Positions 1-8,811 are shown, numbered from the stretch's first letter. The stretch: 64,000 nt of DNA from Cyclobacteriaceae bacterium (GCA_958296015.1 CATQIH010000032.1:85795-149794); one strand, 5' to 3'. Numbers and translations are program-made. Notes: generated by a model not told the origin, from the sequence alone.

Positions 1-98
1 AATGCCTTAGCGATATCGAAAGTAAATTGAGTAACCCCTCCCGGGTTGGGGAAATAATCAGATGCTAGTAGAATATATTTTTGAGAGGAAGGCTTCAT
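1..98 (-). CDS. N-terminus of probable GT4-family glycosyltransferase (runs off window edge)
   Basis: ATG at 98 overlaps the upstream TGA (TGATG). It reads MKPSSQKYILLASDYFPNPGGVTQFTFDIAKA, resembling the GT4 N-terminal 'hhsd.fpP..GG' motif. Not in the ORF track. Confidence 0.6.
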   Translation of the reverse strand, partial: MKPSSQKYILLASDYFPNPGGVTQFTFDIAKA

Positions 99-883
99 CA
101 AAAGAGATTCTTCTTTAAATTGTACAAACGTTCTTTATAGGTAGATGAATCATACCAGCTTTGACATCTCCACTTTCTTGGATTCCAGCAACGGTGTTTC
201 TCTGACTCATTTAATCTGGAGGCTATTTGCTCTAAATTTAAGTGTCGACCATGCAAAATTTTTACCTTTCCATAACTTATCGTCAAAAACTGATTAAAGC
301 GAAAATTATAGATTGTCTGTAAAGAATAAACCTTTATCAAATGGTGCAATAAAGCTTCCATGAATGCAGGTTGATCACCTTGATAGATATCATAGTTGCT
401 TATAAATCGATCATACCAGTCTTGAATGAAACTCTCAGTTACGGTATTCTTTTTATACACCACCACGCCTGAATTATAAGGATTGCACCCAATCAATTCC
501 TTGTTATCTAAAAGTGGCCATCTGGTTTCATGATAATCATGGCAAATCAACAAGTCGAACCAATCCAATACTTCAAAAAGCTCCTGACAATTTTCGCACA
601 TATAGGTATCTGTGTCTAGAAAGAAGGTTTTCTCAAATGGAGTATGAAGCATACCTAATAGTTTAATGGAATGACTTGCTATTTTTTTATTCCCACTTTG
701 AGGTACTTCAATTTGTTTGATAATATCAAAGTTATGTAATTCAGGGATAGGGGTATCACTATCAATAAGTAGTGCCGCTATTGCATCAGGATGAACTTCT
801 TTTAAAGATCTTAAAGCTTTTTTAGCTTCATCCACATACTTTTGACCTGAGGCGGTGTACAAGTAACCTTCTTTATTAATCAT
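98..883 (-). CDS. nucleotide-diphospho-sugar transferase (GT-A fold)
   Basis: FFLDTDT (DxD) motif, NSGVV and GDQPAF motifs. Start moved to ATG 883, which forms an ATGA overlap with the upstream stop. Confidence 0.75.
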   Translation of the reverse strand: MINKEGYLYTASGQKYVDEAKKALRSLKEVHPDAIAALLIDSDTPIPELHNFDIIKQIEVPQSGNKKIASHSIKLLGMLHTPFEKTFFLDTDTYMCENCQELFEVLDWFDLLICHDYHETRWPLLDNKELIGCNPYNSGVVVYKKNTVTESFIQDWYDRFISNYDIYQGDQPAFMEALLHHLIKVYSLQTIYNFRFNQFLTISYGKVKILHGRHLNLEQIASRLNESEKHRCWNPRKWRCQSWYDSSTYKERLYNLKKNLF

Positions 884-1896
884 CTCTGATCTTGTGCTAT
901 TTTGTGATAAATATTTATTTTGCTTCTTATAGAGTATCCAATAAAACCCATTATACATTCACGAGTCACATAGAGAAATTCTTTAAGTTGCCCTATATTT
1001 TTTTTTCGATAAAGATAACCTAAGGAAGCTAAAAAAGCATTTTTATACATGTATATTGACAAGAGATATCCCAACCTATATCGAATGTGTTTTTCTTCAT
1101 TTTTATAAAAATTCTGGGTGATTTCGTTAATTTTCGCATTCAAAGTAGCTGTATCAGTTTCCATCATACAATCCTTACCTTCCGGATGGTTTAAGCGTTG
1201 TTTCACCATAAAATACTTAATCTCATGATCCACCTGTCGCCCTAATAAGTCATAATTTAAAGACTTGGTAACAGCTTCGGCGTTAAGCCTATATGCATAT
1301 AAAGGTTCTGTCAAGTTAGTGGTGTGATACTTTTCGGTGACTCGCATTGAAAAATCTACGTCTTCTCCCATCTTTTTCATCCTGTATAATCCACCAACTT
1401 TTTCAATAATGTCTCTCCTAAAAATCATAGTAGGCCCGTGGAAGCAGCTATGTTTTCGCGCCTTCATTCTGATTTCTTCGTAGTCCGAGGGAGGATATAC
1501 GTTATTCAGGTAATTCCCCTTTTGATCAAAAGTATAGTAGGCAGTACCGCACAGGCTATAGTTTTCTTTTTCAAGTAGGGTCATCTGTCGGTCAAATCTA
1601 TGCAGCAGGGAAAAATCATCGGCATCGTGAATAGTCAGGTACTTTCCCCGGCATAATGCTAAGACCCGGTTGACCGTATTCACCTTTCCCAGATTTTTTT
1701 CATTATTGGAGACTAAAATCCGCTTGTCTTTACAGCGGTAACTCTCGATAACCTGCCGACTCCCATCGGTTGAACCATCGTCGGCGATTATCAGCTCAAA
1801 ATCATTGATCGTCTGGTTCAAAATGGAATTGATCGCTTCCGGCAAATATTTTGCTCCATTGTATACCGGCAAAATTACGGATAAGGCAACGTTCAT
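880..1896 (-). CDS. GT2-family glycosyltransferase
   Basis: SVILPVYN...IIADDGSTD, HDADD, EDVDF motifs. Confidence 0.92.
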   Translation of the reverse strand: MNVALSVILPVYNGAKYLPEAINSILNQTINDFELIIADDGSTDGSRQVIESYRCKDKRILVSNNEKNLGKVNTVNRVLALCRGKYLTIHDADDFSLLHRFDRQMTLLEKENYSLCGTAYYTFDQKGNYLNNVYPPSDYEEIRMKARKHSCFHGPTMIFRRDIIEKVGGLYRMKKMGEDVDFSMRVTEKYHTTNLTEPLYAYRLNAEAVTKSLNYDLLGRQVDHEIKYFMVKQRLNHPEGKDCMMETDTATLNAKINEITQNFYKNEEKHIRYRLGYLLSIYMYKNAFLASLGYLYRKKNIGQLKEFLYVTRECIMGFIGYSIRSKINIYHKIAQDQR

Positions 1897-1993
1897 CTTT
1901 TCATCAGATTGCTAAAAATAATTACTATGTCTGTTCAGATTATTCACGCCGTAACTGCTAAAGGAACAGTTGGTAAAGGCGCTAAATTCAAAA

Positions 1994-2692
1994 TTATCTA
2001 ACCGATCCTACGCAAAGACCTTTTCCTCCCTCGAGTATGCCTTCAACATGAATACTCTGATTTTTTTTCCAGCTTTTTACAATAGCCAATTCGCTGTCCC
2101 GCAGCGCGTCATCTAAATACCAAGTAGCGTACTTCTTATGACAGAAGTCTACAACAAGAGGTAGAGTGTTTTCTCTGGCCATCCAATCGCCTTTAGGCCC
2201 ATCAATCAATACAAAATCTATCAACCCGTATTTTTCTACGATTTCTCTGACACGAGCTAGATCTAATTCATATCCCCGAGGTTGCGTGGCTACTGCCATA
2301 GGAAAATAGTTAACTCCCTCCATATCTAGCCCCTGGCGTGATGCTTCCAGATACTTTGCTTCCTGGTCAACAGAAATGAGAGTGCCATTCTTTACTTTTT
2401 TAAAGTACTGTATGAATAGTCTGGTACTCAAACCACTTCCAAATTCAAATATCACCTTCGGTTTGAGTTCGTTTAACCGTTCCCATAAATAATTTAAAAC
2501 CGGTGCTGATAGAGTAACCTGATAGTTAGGATCTAGTTGAATATTATCTTTTATTTCGTAGTTCAGCAAATTGTTATCGTAACTGCCACTCACATCGTCT
2601 GGCACTAGTATATTAGGCTTATTTCCCCGTAACAAAATACTTGATCGTTGTTTTACTTTCCAGTAAAGCCAGCTTTTTATGTTCATATGCAT
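1994..2692 (-). CDS. class I SAM-dependent methyltransferase
   Basis: VIFEFGSGLST motif I; DFVLIDGP; LDDALR. Confidence 0.8.
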   Translation of the reverse strand: MHMNIKSWLYWKVKQRSSILLRGNKPNILVPDDVSGSYDNNLLNYEIKDNIQLDPNYQVTLSAPVLNYLWERLNELKPKVIFEFGSGLSTRLFIQYFKKVKNGTLISVDQEAKYLEASRQGLDMEGVNYFPMAVATQPRGYELDLARVREIVEKYGLIDFVLIDGPKGDWMARENTLPLVVDFCHKKYATWYLDDALRDSELAIVKSWKKNQSIHVEGILEGGKGLCVGSVR

Positions 2693-2736
2693 AGAAAATG
2701 TTTTTAGTTGAAGCTTCTACTATATACTTTTCAGCG

Positions 2737-3798
2737 TTATATGCTGGCATCAGCACTGAAATTATTGGATTGTGCATATCTATTTATAGAAGATATGTTT
2801 CTGATTTTGTTATATATATGATCATGTTTATAATTTAATATTATTATCTCTTCAATAAAGCCTTTCAATCTTTGTATTTTGCAATAGTAAAGAACCTTAT
2901 TCTTGATAAAAAGATTGTAGTTAAACTTTACTTTTAAATAATCTACAAAAGCATACATTAACTCTCCTTTCCAAATGCTCTTCTTTCTTAAAACTTTTTT
3001 ATTTTTCTCAGCTAAATATTTATAGCAATTAAGTATTGCATTACACTTGCCGATCTGATAATTAAGATCGTACACGTATTCCTTTTCTAATCTAGAAGTA
3101 GGTATAAAGTGATAAAATTTTAATTCTGGGTTAAACCAGATTTTTTTTCCTCTTAATCTTAAAGCAAAGCACAACTCAGTGTCGCCCCCTGAGGATAAAC
3201 TTTCGCCTTCTCTATCACTTAGTAAAGTAGAAAAGCTACTTTTAATAAGAGAGGTGTATTGTGATTTTCTTATTGTCATTCCTGCTCCATAAACTCTGTT
3301 AACTTCACCAGCAAATTTAGCAGGCGCACCAACAGCATATACAGATTTTACACTTTCAAACCACGGATGTATTTGCGTTTCTAAAACAGCCTCTCCCTGC
3401 CCACCTAAAACTCCAATCATCGCATCACTTTCCATCGTTTCAAAAGCAATTCTTACATAGTCCTTATTTAACCAATTATCATCATCACAAAACAAACAGT
3501 ATTCATACTGTGCCGTTTCAAATCCCTTATCACGAGCATAGGATAAACCAGGCTTGGGTTGGTCAACGATGCTAAAGGGGATATCCAGATGATATTGCTG
3601 CCATTCCTTTTTTGCTACCGCTACCGTATCATCCGTAGAAGCATTGTTAACCACAATTACCTCCCAAGGTATATCGCTAGGCACTTGCTGTTGTGCCAGG
3701 TGCCTGAGCGTCTCGGGCAGCCGCTTTGCGCTGTTGTAGCAGCAGACGATGACGGATACGCCGGGGGTGTTGGGAACGGTGGTTGTTTGTTGGATCAT
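2737..3798 (-). CDS. GT2-family glycosyltransferase
   Basis: SVIVCCYNS, VVNNASTD, FCDDD, GGDTELC motifs. Start moved to ATG 3798 because the ORF-track N-terminus translates the palindromic repeat. Confidence 0.9.
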   Translation of the reverse strand: MIQQTTTVPNTPGVSVIVCCYNSAKRLPETLRHLAQQQVPSDIPWEVIVVNNASTDDTVAVAKKEWQQYHLDIPFSIVDQPKPGLSYARDKGFETAQYEYCLFCDDDNWLNKDYVRIAFETMESDAMIGVLGGQGEAVLETQIHPWFESVKSVYAVGAPAKFAGEVNRVYGAGMTIRKSQYTSLIKSSFSTLLSDREGESLSSGGDTELCFALRLRGKKIWFNPELKFYHFIPTSRLEKEYVYDLNYQIGKCNAILNCYKYLAEKNKKVLRKKSIWKGELMYAFVDYLKVKFNYNLFIKNKVLYYCKIQRLKGFIEEIIILNYKHDHIYNKIRNISSINRYAQSNNFSADASI

Positions 3799-3818
3799 GG
3801 GTGTTTTTTTGTCGCTAT

Positions 3819-3891
3819 TCCTCCCCCTGGCCCCCTCCAAAGGGGGATATAGCGCGTAACTATCCCCCTTGGAAGGGGGCTAGGGGGATGA
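3819..3891. repeat. 73 bp nested palindrome, left copy of the DUF559-flanking inverted repeat
   Basis: Arms CCCCCTGGCCCCCTCCAAAGGGGGATA and TATCCCCCTTGGAAGGGGGCTAGGGGG are near reverse complements; each arm also contains CCCCCT..AGGGGG. Confidence 0.9.
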
Positions 3892-3904
3892 GCGAATTTT
3901 TATC

Positions 3905-4309
3905 TTATTTGTTCATTTGTTTTTTATTGTACATCTCTATATATGCTTCTATGGTGCGTATGACGTTGTTTATGTCATTGAGCACTTCATCATCATGAAA
4001 CCTAATCACTTGAAAGCCTATCTGCTCTAAGGCTTCATCTCTTAGACAGTCTTTTTTATAGACTTCTTCATCCTGGTGCGTGATGCCATCCACTTCTATG
4101 ACCAGCATCAGGTCTTTGCACATAAAATCCACAATATAATTTAGCAATGCCCGCTGGCGGTGGAAGGTATAACCTTCCATGCTTCCATTACGCAATACGT
4201 ACTTCCACAGACAAGCTTCGGCTTTGGTCATGTCCTGGCGCAAACTGCTGGCCAGGGGTTTTAACTTTTTGTTGTAATGCCAGTTGTTGTGTGGACCTGC
4301 TTTTTCCAT
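3905..4309 (-). CDS. DUF559 domain endonuclease (Vsr-like)
   Basis: LRQDMTKAEACLW, YIVDFMC, LVIEVDGITH, RDEAL..GFQVIRF are characteristic of DUF559. Confidence 0.9.
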   Translation of the reverse strand: MEKAGPHNNWHYNKKLKPLASSLRQDMTKAEACLWKYVLRNGSMEGYTFHRQRALLNYIVDFMCKDLMLVIEVDGITHQDEEVYKKDCLRDEALEQIGFQVIRFHDDEVLNDINNVIRTIEAYIEMYNKKQMNK

Positions 4310-4390
4310 GTCTGGTTTTGGGCATTTGTGTTTTGTTGGAAGATTTTTTATCTGCTGTTGTCGCTTATCATCCCCCCCAACCCCCTTTGA

Positions 4391-5808
4391 CTAGTGTTTA
4401 TACATATCTTTGTCAGGAGCTAAAAGCCAACCTGCCAGCATACTTTCAAAACGTTTTAAGCCTCTGGTGAAGGTAATCACGCCAGGTGGTCTTTGGCTTT
4501 GATAGCCTTTCCACCCCCCTAACCTGGCAATAATCCAGGAGGCCCAGGCTAAGTCACTTTCCTGATAAGGATTCTTGTGTTTAGCTGTTTGACCTTCCAG
4601 ACCAACTAAGAGCACTTTTAGAAAGGCTTGTTGTACTACACTAAAGCCTACGGCTATGGGCTGTGTACTTGTGGCTGACCTGGCTTGTCTAAGTTGCATG
4701 ACCAGCAGCGCACTTTTCATAGCAATCACGCCTAACTTTCTCAGGCTGTAGCCTTGCTCTAACTCTGAGGCTTCCAAGTTGAAGCCCTCTGATTTGAGCA
4801 GACGGAAATAGTCCTCTATGATCCATCGCAGGCTATACCAATGCACCATCTGCAAAGCTTGCTCAAAACAACTAACCGGATGGGTAGTGAGCAGATTCCA
4901 CTCCACAGGCTTTTCTTTGCCTGCACTCTGAGGAGTTTCTTTACCCTGTACCAAATATAAGGTTACATTTTTAGGATAGACCTTGGCATGGGGGTTGTTG
5001 TCCGGGCGCAGCAGTTTTACTTGCACAAAGCGTACTTGCATCTCAACGTTGCGCTGCTTTCGCTTACCAGGTAAACCCGGCAACAGAAAACTATACCCTC
5101 CACAGGCTGGCTGCTGGTCAGCATAGTCATAGAGCTTATGCTTTTCTCCTTGCATGGTCTCTATCAGACGGTTCACCCGGCTGCGGATAAGCAAGTGAGT
5201 GCGCTCATCGGGCACCCTGACAAAACTGTCATATATATCCCCTTCCCGATCCTGCACGAAAGTAACCTCACGGGCCTGCTGTAAACAAGGTTGGCTCGCC
5301 TGGCAAGCTTTTATCCAGCGATAAGTCTCTTTTTTTTCTATGGGTAGCGGTGCTGTTGGCTTCTCTTGCCCTGCTGCCCGTATCCACAACTGCACATCGC
5401 TCAAGCCTAATACGCTGCCTTGCTGAGCATCTATGACCAGGCTGCAATGAGCAAAGTAGCCTATATCTTGGTTGTTGCCTACCAAACCCAAGCCACTCTC
5501 AGCTTGGATCAAGCCTTGATGAGAAGCATAGTTGATCTCTGTGCTATCTTGCAGCACCAGCACATCTTTGCCTGCCACCTGACCCCTGCATTGGCTCTGT
5601 GCCTGCTCTATCAAAGCACCTTCTCTCACTTTATCATTACCCAAATAACGATAAAAACTCATCAACTCTGACCAGTTATCACTGAGCCTGTTGATGACTA
5701 TGGTTTGTTTTTCGGCTATCTTATGCTCCAATTGAACCCCCTTTTTTCCAGCCGCTTGTCTCCATGAAGGCTGGTGGTTTTTCTTCCTGATGTCTTTGTC
5801 TCTATCAT
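4391..5808 (-). CDS. IS50-like DDE transposase, needs a -1 frameshift near 5736-5746
   Basis: QDSTE, DREGD, YSLRWIIEDYFRLLKS and IARLGGW...RPPG motifs in ORF 4391-5731. An upstream frame from ATG 5808 encodes GDKRLEKRG and joins at an A6G5 run. Confidence 0.85.
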
Positions 5809-5890
5809 CTTCTGCTTGTTTATGTCTTTCCTTTCTTTATCTTAACACCAACACTACTTTATTCCTCTCAGACTTATGTATAAACACTAG
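4391..5890 (-). mobile_element. IS4-family (IS50/Tn5-like) insertion sequence, 1500 bp
   Basis: Perfect 16 bp terminal IR CTAGTGTTTATACATA. The right end CTAGTGTTTATACATAAGT resembles the IS50 outside end CTGACTCTTATACACAAGT. The transposase stop lies inside the left IR. Confidence 0.93.
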
Positions 5891-6004
5891 CCTTCAAAGG
5901 GGGACAGACACGCGCTATATCCCCCTCTGGAGGGGGGTAGGGGGAGGACTATCTTCTCCCCGAAGCACTAATCTCTATTTTTAATCCAACTGTCAAATAT
6001 GTTA

Positions 6005-6742
6005 TCAAAACAGCTTACTTGCCTTTTTACCAATTGCTTTACCTAATGTTTTTAGAGAAAGATCAACGCCTACTGCACCGGTCTGCCAGTCATTGACCTG
6101 CTGCCTAAGCTTTTCAATACTTTGCCAAAATTTAGGATGAATTAAATTATCACCTTTGAATATTGGAAAGTCTGGCTTCACATTCTCATGGCAAACCAAA
6201 AACATGTTCTGTCTATACCAAATGTCTACTCTTTCATTATTCCATACCGCAGGACGGATTATATCGTAATATTCATAACCGTATCGCCTAAACTTCTCCT
6301 GCCAGTAAGCCGGCCATTGTTCATTCAGGTGATTTTGTCCGCCTTGTCCAGGTATGGCTGCTGAAAAAAGAATGGTCTTACTATGTTTGGTTAATGATGC
6401 CACAAAAACATCAGCAGCACTTTCCGGCAAATGCTCGGCTACTTCTAATGATACAGCCAGATCAAATATTCTGCCAAGGTTCAAGGGTTTTGTCAGGTCA
6501 TGGGCTACGAATCTTTCTTCTGCTATTTGTAGCATAGAGCGATCAACATAATTACCATCGACACCTGTAAAATCTGATATACCCATATCGTTAAATACTT
6601 TTAGCCAGGTACCTGTGCCGCAACCTACGTCTAAAATAGATTGGGGCTGAACATACTCAAACAGAATAGGCAATACTATTTCTGCTGCACGGGTGTTGTG
6701 CACATCTTCACTATGCACGTACAATGGATTCGCAGTTTTCAA
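6005..6742 (-). CDS. class I SAM-dependent methyltransferase
   Basis: ILDVGCGTG motif I; SLEVAEHL; AAIPGQGG.NHLNEQW. Confidence 0.9.
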   Translation of the reverse strand: MKTANPLYVHSEDVHNTRAAEIVLPILFEYVQPQSILDVGCGTGTWLKVFNDMGISDFTGVDGNYVDRSMLQIAEERFVAHDLTKPLNLGRIFDLAVSLEVAEHLPESAADVFVASLTKHSKTILFSAAIPGQGGQNHLNEQWPAYWQEKFRRYGYEYYDIIRPAVWNNERVDIWYRQNMFLVCHENVKPDFPIFKGDNLIHPKFWQSIEKLRQQVNDWQTGAVGVDLSLKTLGKAIGKKASKLF

Positions 6743-8006
6743 GCGTAAAAGAAATTTGAGGTTGATAAACTTTATTTAATGTAGGATTGACAAACACGCC
6801 ACTTTGAAAAACATCAGATGCTTTTAAATCCAGATAAAAAGCATCATTGATTGTGTCGAAGTTATCTTCGTTATCGCCAAAATACAGGTCTACTCCACAT
6901 TGTCCACTCCCATACATTGATACATTAGGAATGGAAACTGATATAACTCCTTCTTCCTGATCAGTGTATAACTTCTCAGAGGTATGACGGTTATTTATTC
7001 CAATAAAAGGCTCATCGTATGGTGATCTAATCACGATACCTAATATAGGATTGACAAGTGTATCTTCAAGTTTAAAGTAAAATTTTATACGCAAATCGTC
7101 TCCCGGAGCAAGTATGGTAGAAGGCTTGTCATTGACAAACACTTCAGCTTTTTGTAGACCAAAAGCTCTTCTATACTTTTTATTCTGGTGATTGCTTAAG
7201 TCAACCACATGAGAAAGATCTCCGTTTGCTTTACCAGCATTTAAATAACGGTTGATAGCTTCCGGGGCTTCTCCGTCAAAATATGTTTGTCCTGAGTGAA
7301 AAATAACTCCTCTGGTACACAATGACTCTACTGCCCCCATGTTATGACTCACAAACAACACCGTCCTACCTCCTCGCTGCGTCACATCTTCCATCTTGCC
7401 TAGGCACTTTTTCTGAAACTCGGCATCGCCTACGGCCAGTACTTCGTCGATGATCAATATCTCTGGTTCCAGGTGGGCGGCTACGGCAAAGGCCAGGCGT
7501 ACTTTCATGCCGCTGCTGTAGTGTTTCACTGGCGTATCTATGAACTTTTCTACGCCGGAGAAATCTATGATCTCATCAAACTTGGCTTTTACTTCGGTGC
7601 GGCGCATGCCCAGGATCGTGCCGTTGAGGTAGACGTTTTCTCTGCCAGTCAACTCTTCGTGGAAGCCAGTGCCTACTTCCAGCAGAGAGGATACACGGCC
7701 AAAGATCTCAAACCGGCCTTTGGTAGGCTCGGTGATGCGTGACAGAATTTTGAGCAGCGTACTTTTACCAGCCCCGTTGCGTCCGATAATGCCTACGGCT
7801 TCCCCTTGTTTGATCTCAAAGTTTACATCTTTCAGTGCCCAGAAGTCTTTTGGGTCTTGGGGATTGGGTTTTGGGGATTGGGTTTTGGGGCGAAAGAAAT
7901 GAGTTAGGCTTTCCCGGAAATCCCCGCTTTTCTGGCCGCCGTATCCCCGTTGGCCTAAGCTGTAGCGTTTACCCAAATTTTCTACTTTGATGGCAATGTC
8001 GGTCAT
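6711..8006 (-). CDS. wzt: polysaccharide ABC exporter ATP-binding subunit with Wzt C-terminal domain
   Basis: GRNGAGKST Walker A, YSSGMKVRLAF signature, IIDEVLAVGD Walker B, C-terminal extension. Confidence 0.93.
   Translation of the reverse strand: MTDIAIKVENLGKRYSLGQRGYGGQKSGDFRESLTHFFRPKTQSPKPNPQDPKDFWALKDVNFEIKQGEAVGIIGRNGAGKSTLLKILSRITEPTKGRFEIFGRVSSLLEVGTGFHEELTGRENVYLNGTILGMRRTEVKAKFDEIIDFSGVEKFIDTPVKHYSSGMKVRLAFAVAAHLEPEILIIDEVLAVGDAEFQKKCLGKMEDVTQRGGRTVLFVSHNMGAVESLCTRGVIFHSGQTYFDGEAPEAINRYLNAGKANGDLSHVVDLSNHQNKKYRRAFGLQKAEVFVNDKPSTILAPGDDLRIKFYFKLEDTLVNPILGIVIRSPYDEPFIGINNRHTSEKLYTDQEEGVISVSIPNVSMYGSGQCGVDLYFGDNEDNFDTINDAFYLDLKASDVFQSGVFVNPTLNKVYQPQISFTLENCESIVRA
7851..7890. repeat. 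G-rich 15 bp tandem repeat within the wzt N-terminal linker
   Basis: TGGGTCTTGGGGATTGGGTTTTGGGGATTGGGTTTTGGGG, encoding PKTQSPKPNPQDP. Confidence 0.8.
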
Positions 8007-8080
8007 GTTGTTTTACTTTTTTAAAATCCTGTTTATCCTAATCTATCCTGTACATCCCAATTTAGAAAGTAGCTTTTCCG

Positions 8081-8088
8081 TATATTTG
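8081..8088 (+). promoter_or_regulatory. Bacteroidota -7 promoter element of the TA operon
   Basis: TATATTTG matches TAnnTTTG, immediately before the antitoxin ATG. Confidence 0.5.
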
Positions 8089-8089
8089 C

Positions 8090-8317
8090 ATGATGAAACA
8101 TATTATTGTAGTTGATGACAGCAGCAAAGCAGGAAAAAGCCTGCTTGAACTTGCGGCAATACTAGCCGAGCGCGACAAAAATATCTTGCTAATGTCTGAA
8201 GAGGAAGAAGATAAAACATTGCTTAGAGAAATGCTGTCTTCCCACAAATCAGGCATCCTGGATGCTTCTGAAAAAGCAAAATTTCTTGACCAACTCAAGG
8301 AGCAGGCTGGTATATGA
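8090..8317 (+). CDS. putative antitoxin
   Basis: 75 aa with acidic patch, directly upstream of relE with an ATGA overlap. Confidence 0.7.
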   Translation: MMKHIIVVDDSSKAGKSLLELAAILAERDKNILLMSEEEEDKTLLREMLSSHKSGILDASEKAKFLDQLKEQAGI

Positions 8318-8595
8318 ATTTTGAAATTAGCAAAGACTTTCAAAAATCTTTCAACCGCCTTAAAGACAAAAAACTGGCTACTGCTATTCTTGCCGCCATT
8401 GATGAAGTAAACCAGGCTGAGCAACTTGCTGATATTAATCACCTTAAGAAGCTGAAAGGCCATGAAACTGCGTATCGTATCCGCACAGGAAATTATCGGA
8501 TTGGCGTTTTCGTTGAGCATGACGCTTCTGGTGAGCTTTCTATTATCTTTGCTGCTTTTTCGCATCGCAAAGATATTTACAAAAAATTTCCTTGA
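8314..8595 (+). CDS. relE: RelE/ParE family type II toxin
   Basis: KDFQKSFNRL...LKKLKGHETAYRIRTGNYRI. Confidence 0.88.
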   Translation: MNFEISKDFQKSFNRLKDKKLATAILAAIDEVNQAEQLADINHLKKLKGHETAYRIRTGNYRIGVFVEHDASGELSIIFAAFSHRKDIYKKFP

Positions 8596-8604
8596 AGCTT
8601 TTCT

Positions 8605-8811
8605 GCGAAAGAAATGAGCCAAGCTTTTACGCAGGTCACCGTGAATACGGTCGCCGTGAATACGGTCGCCGTGAATACGGTCGCCGTGAATACGGTCACC
8701 GCTTTTCTGGCCGCCGTATTCCACACCGGGCCGCCGGGCGGTAGATACTGCACGGTGGCCTAAGCTATAACGTTTGCCTAAATTTTCTACCTTGATGGCA
8801 ATGTCGGTCAT
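8605..8811 (-). pseudogene. duplicated 5' fragment of wzt
   Basis: MTDIAIKVENLGKRYSLG...YGGQKSGD...HFFR matches the N-terminus of 6711-8006; homology ends 9 bp from the relE stop. Confidence 0.85.
8634..8701. repeat. 15 bp tandem repeat x4 (GGTCRCCGTGAATAC), in frame GDRIH x4
   Basis: Direct reading; each unit contains the mini-hairpin CCGT-GAAT-ACGG. Confidence 0.9.

Larger units (their letters stand above)
4368..5948. repeat. right copy of the DUF559-flanking inverted repeat, split by an IS (4368-4390 + 5891-5948)
   Basis: With the IS and one target copy removed, the 74 bp sequence aligns to the reverse complement of 3819-3891 with about 10 differences. The spacer ACGCGCTATATCCCCCT is shared. 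Confidence 0.85.

Noticed and set aside
884-958. N-terminal extension of ORF 98-958
   Set aside because: It lies inside the upstream GT2 gene; ATG 883 gives a standard ATGA overlap.
8062-8811. 249 aa ORF as a full gene
   Set aside because: Only the first ~69 codons are wzt-like; the rest is the antisense of relE and the antitoxin.
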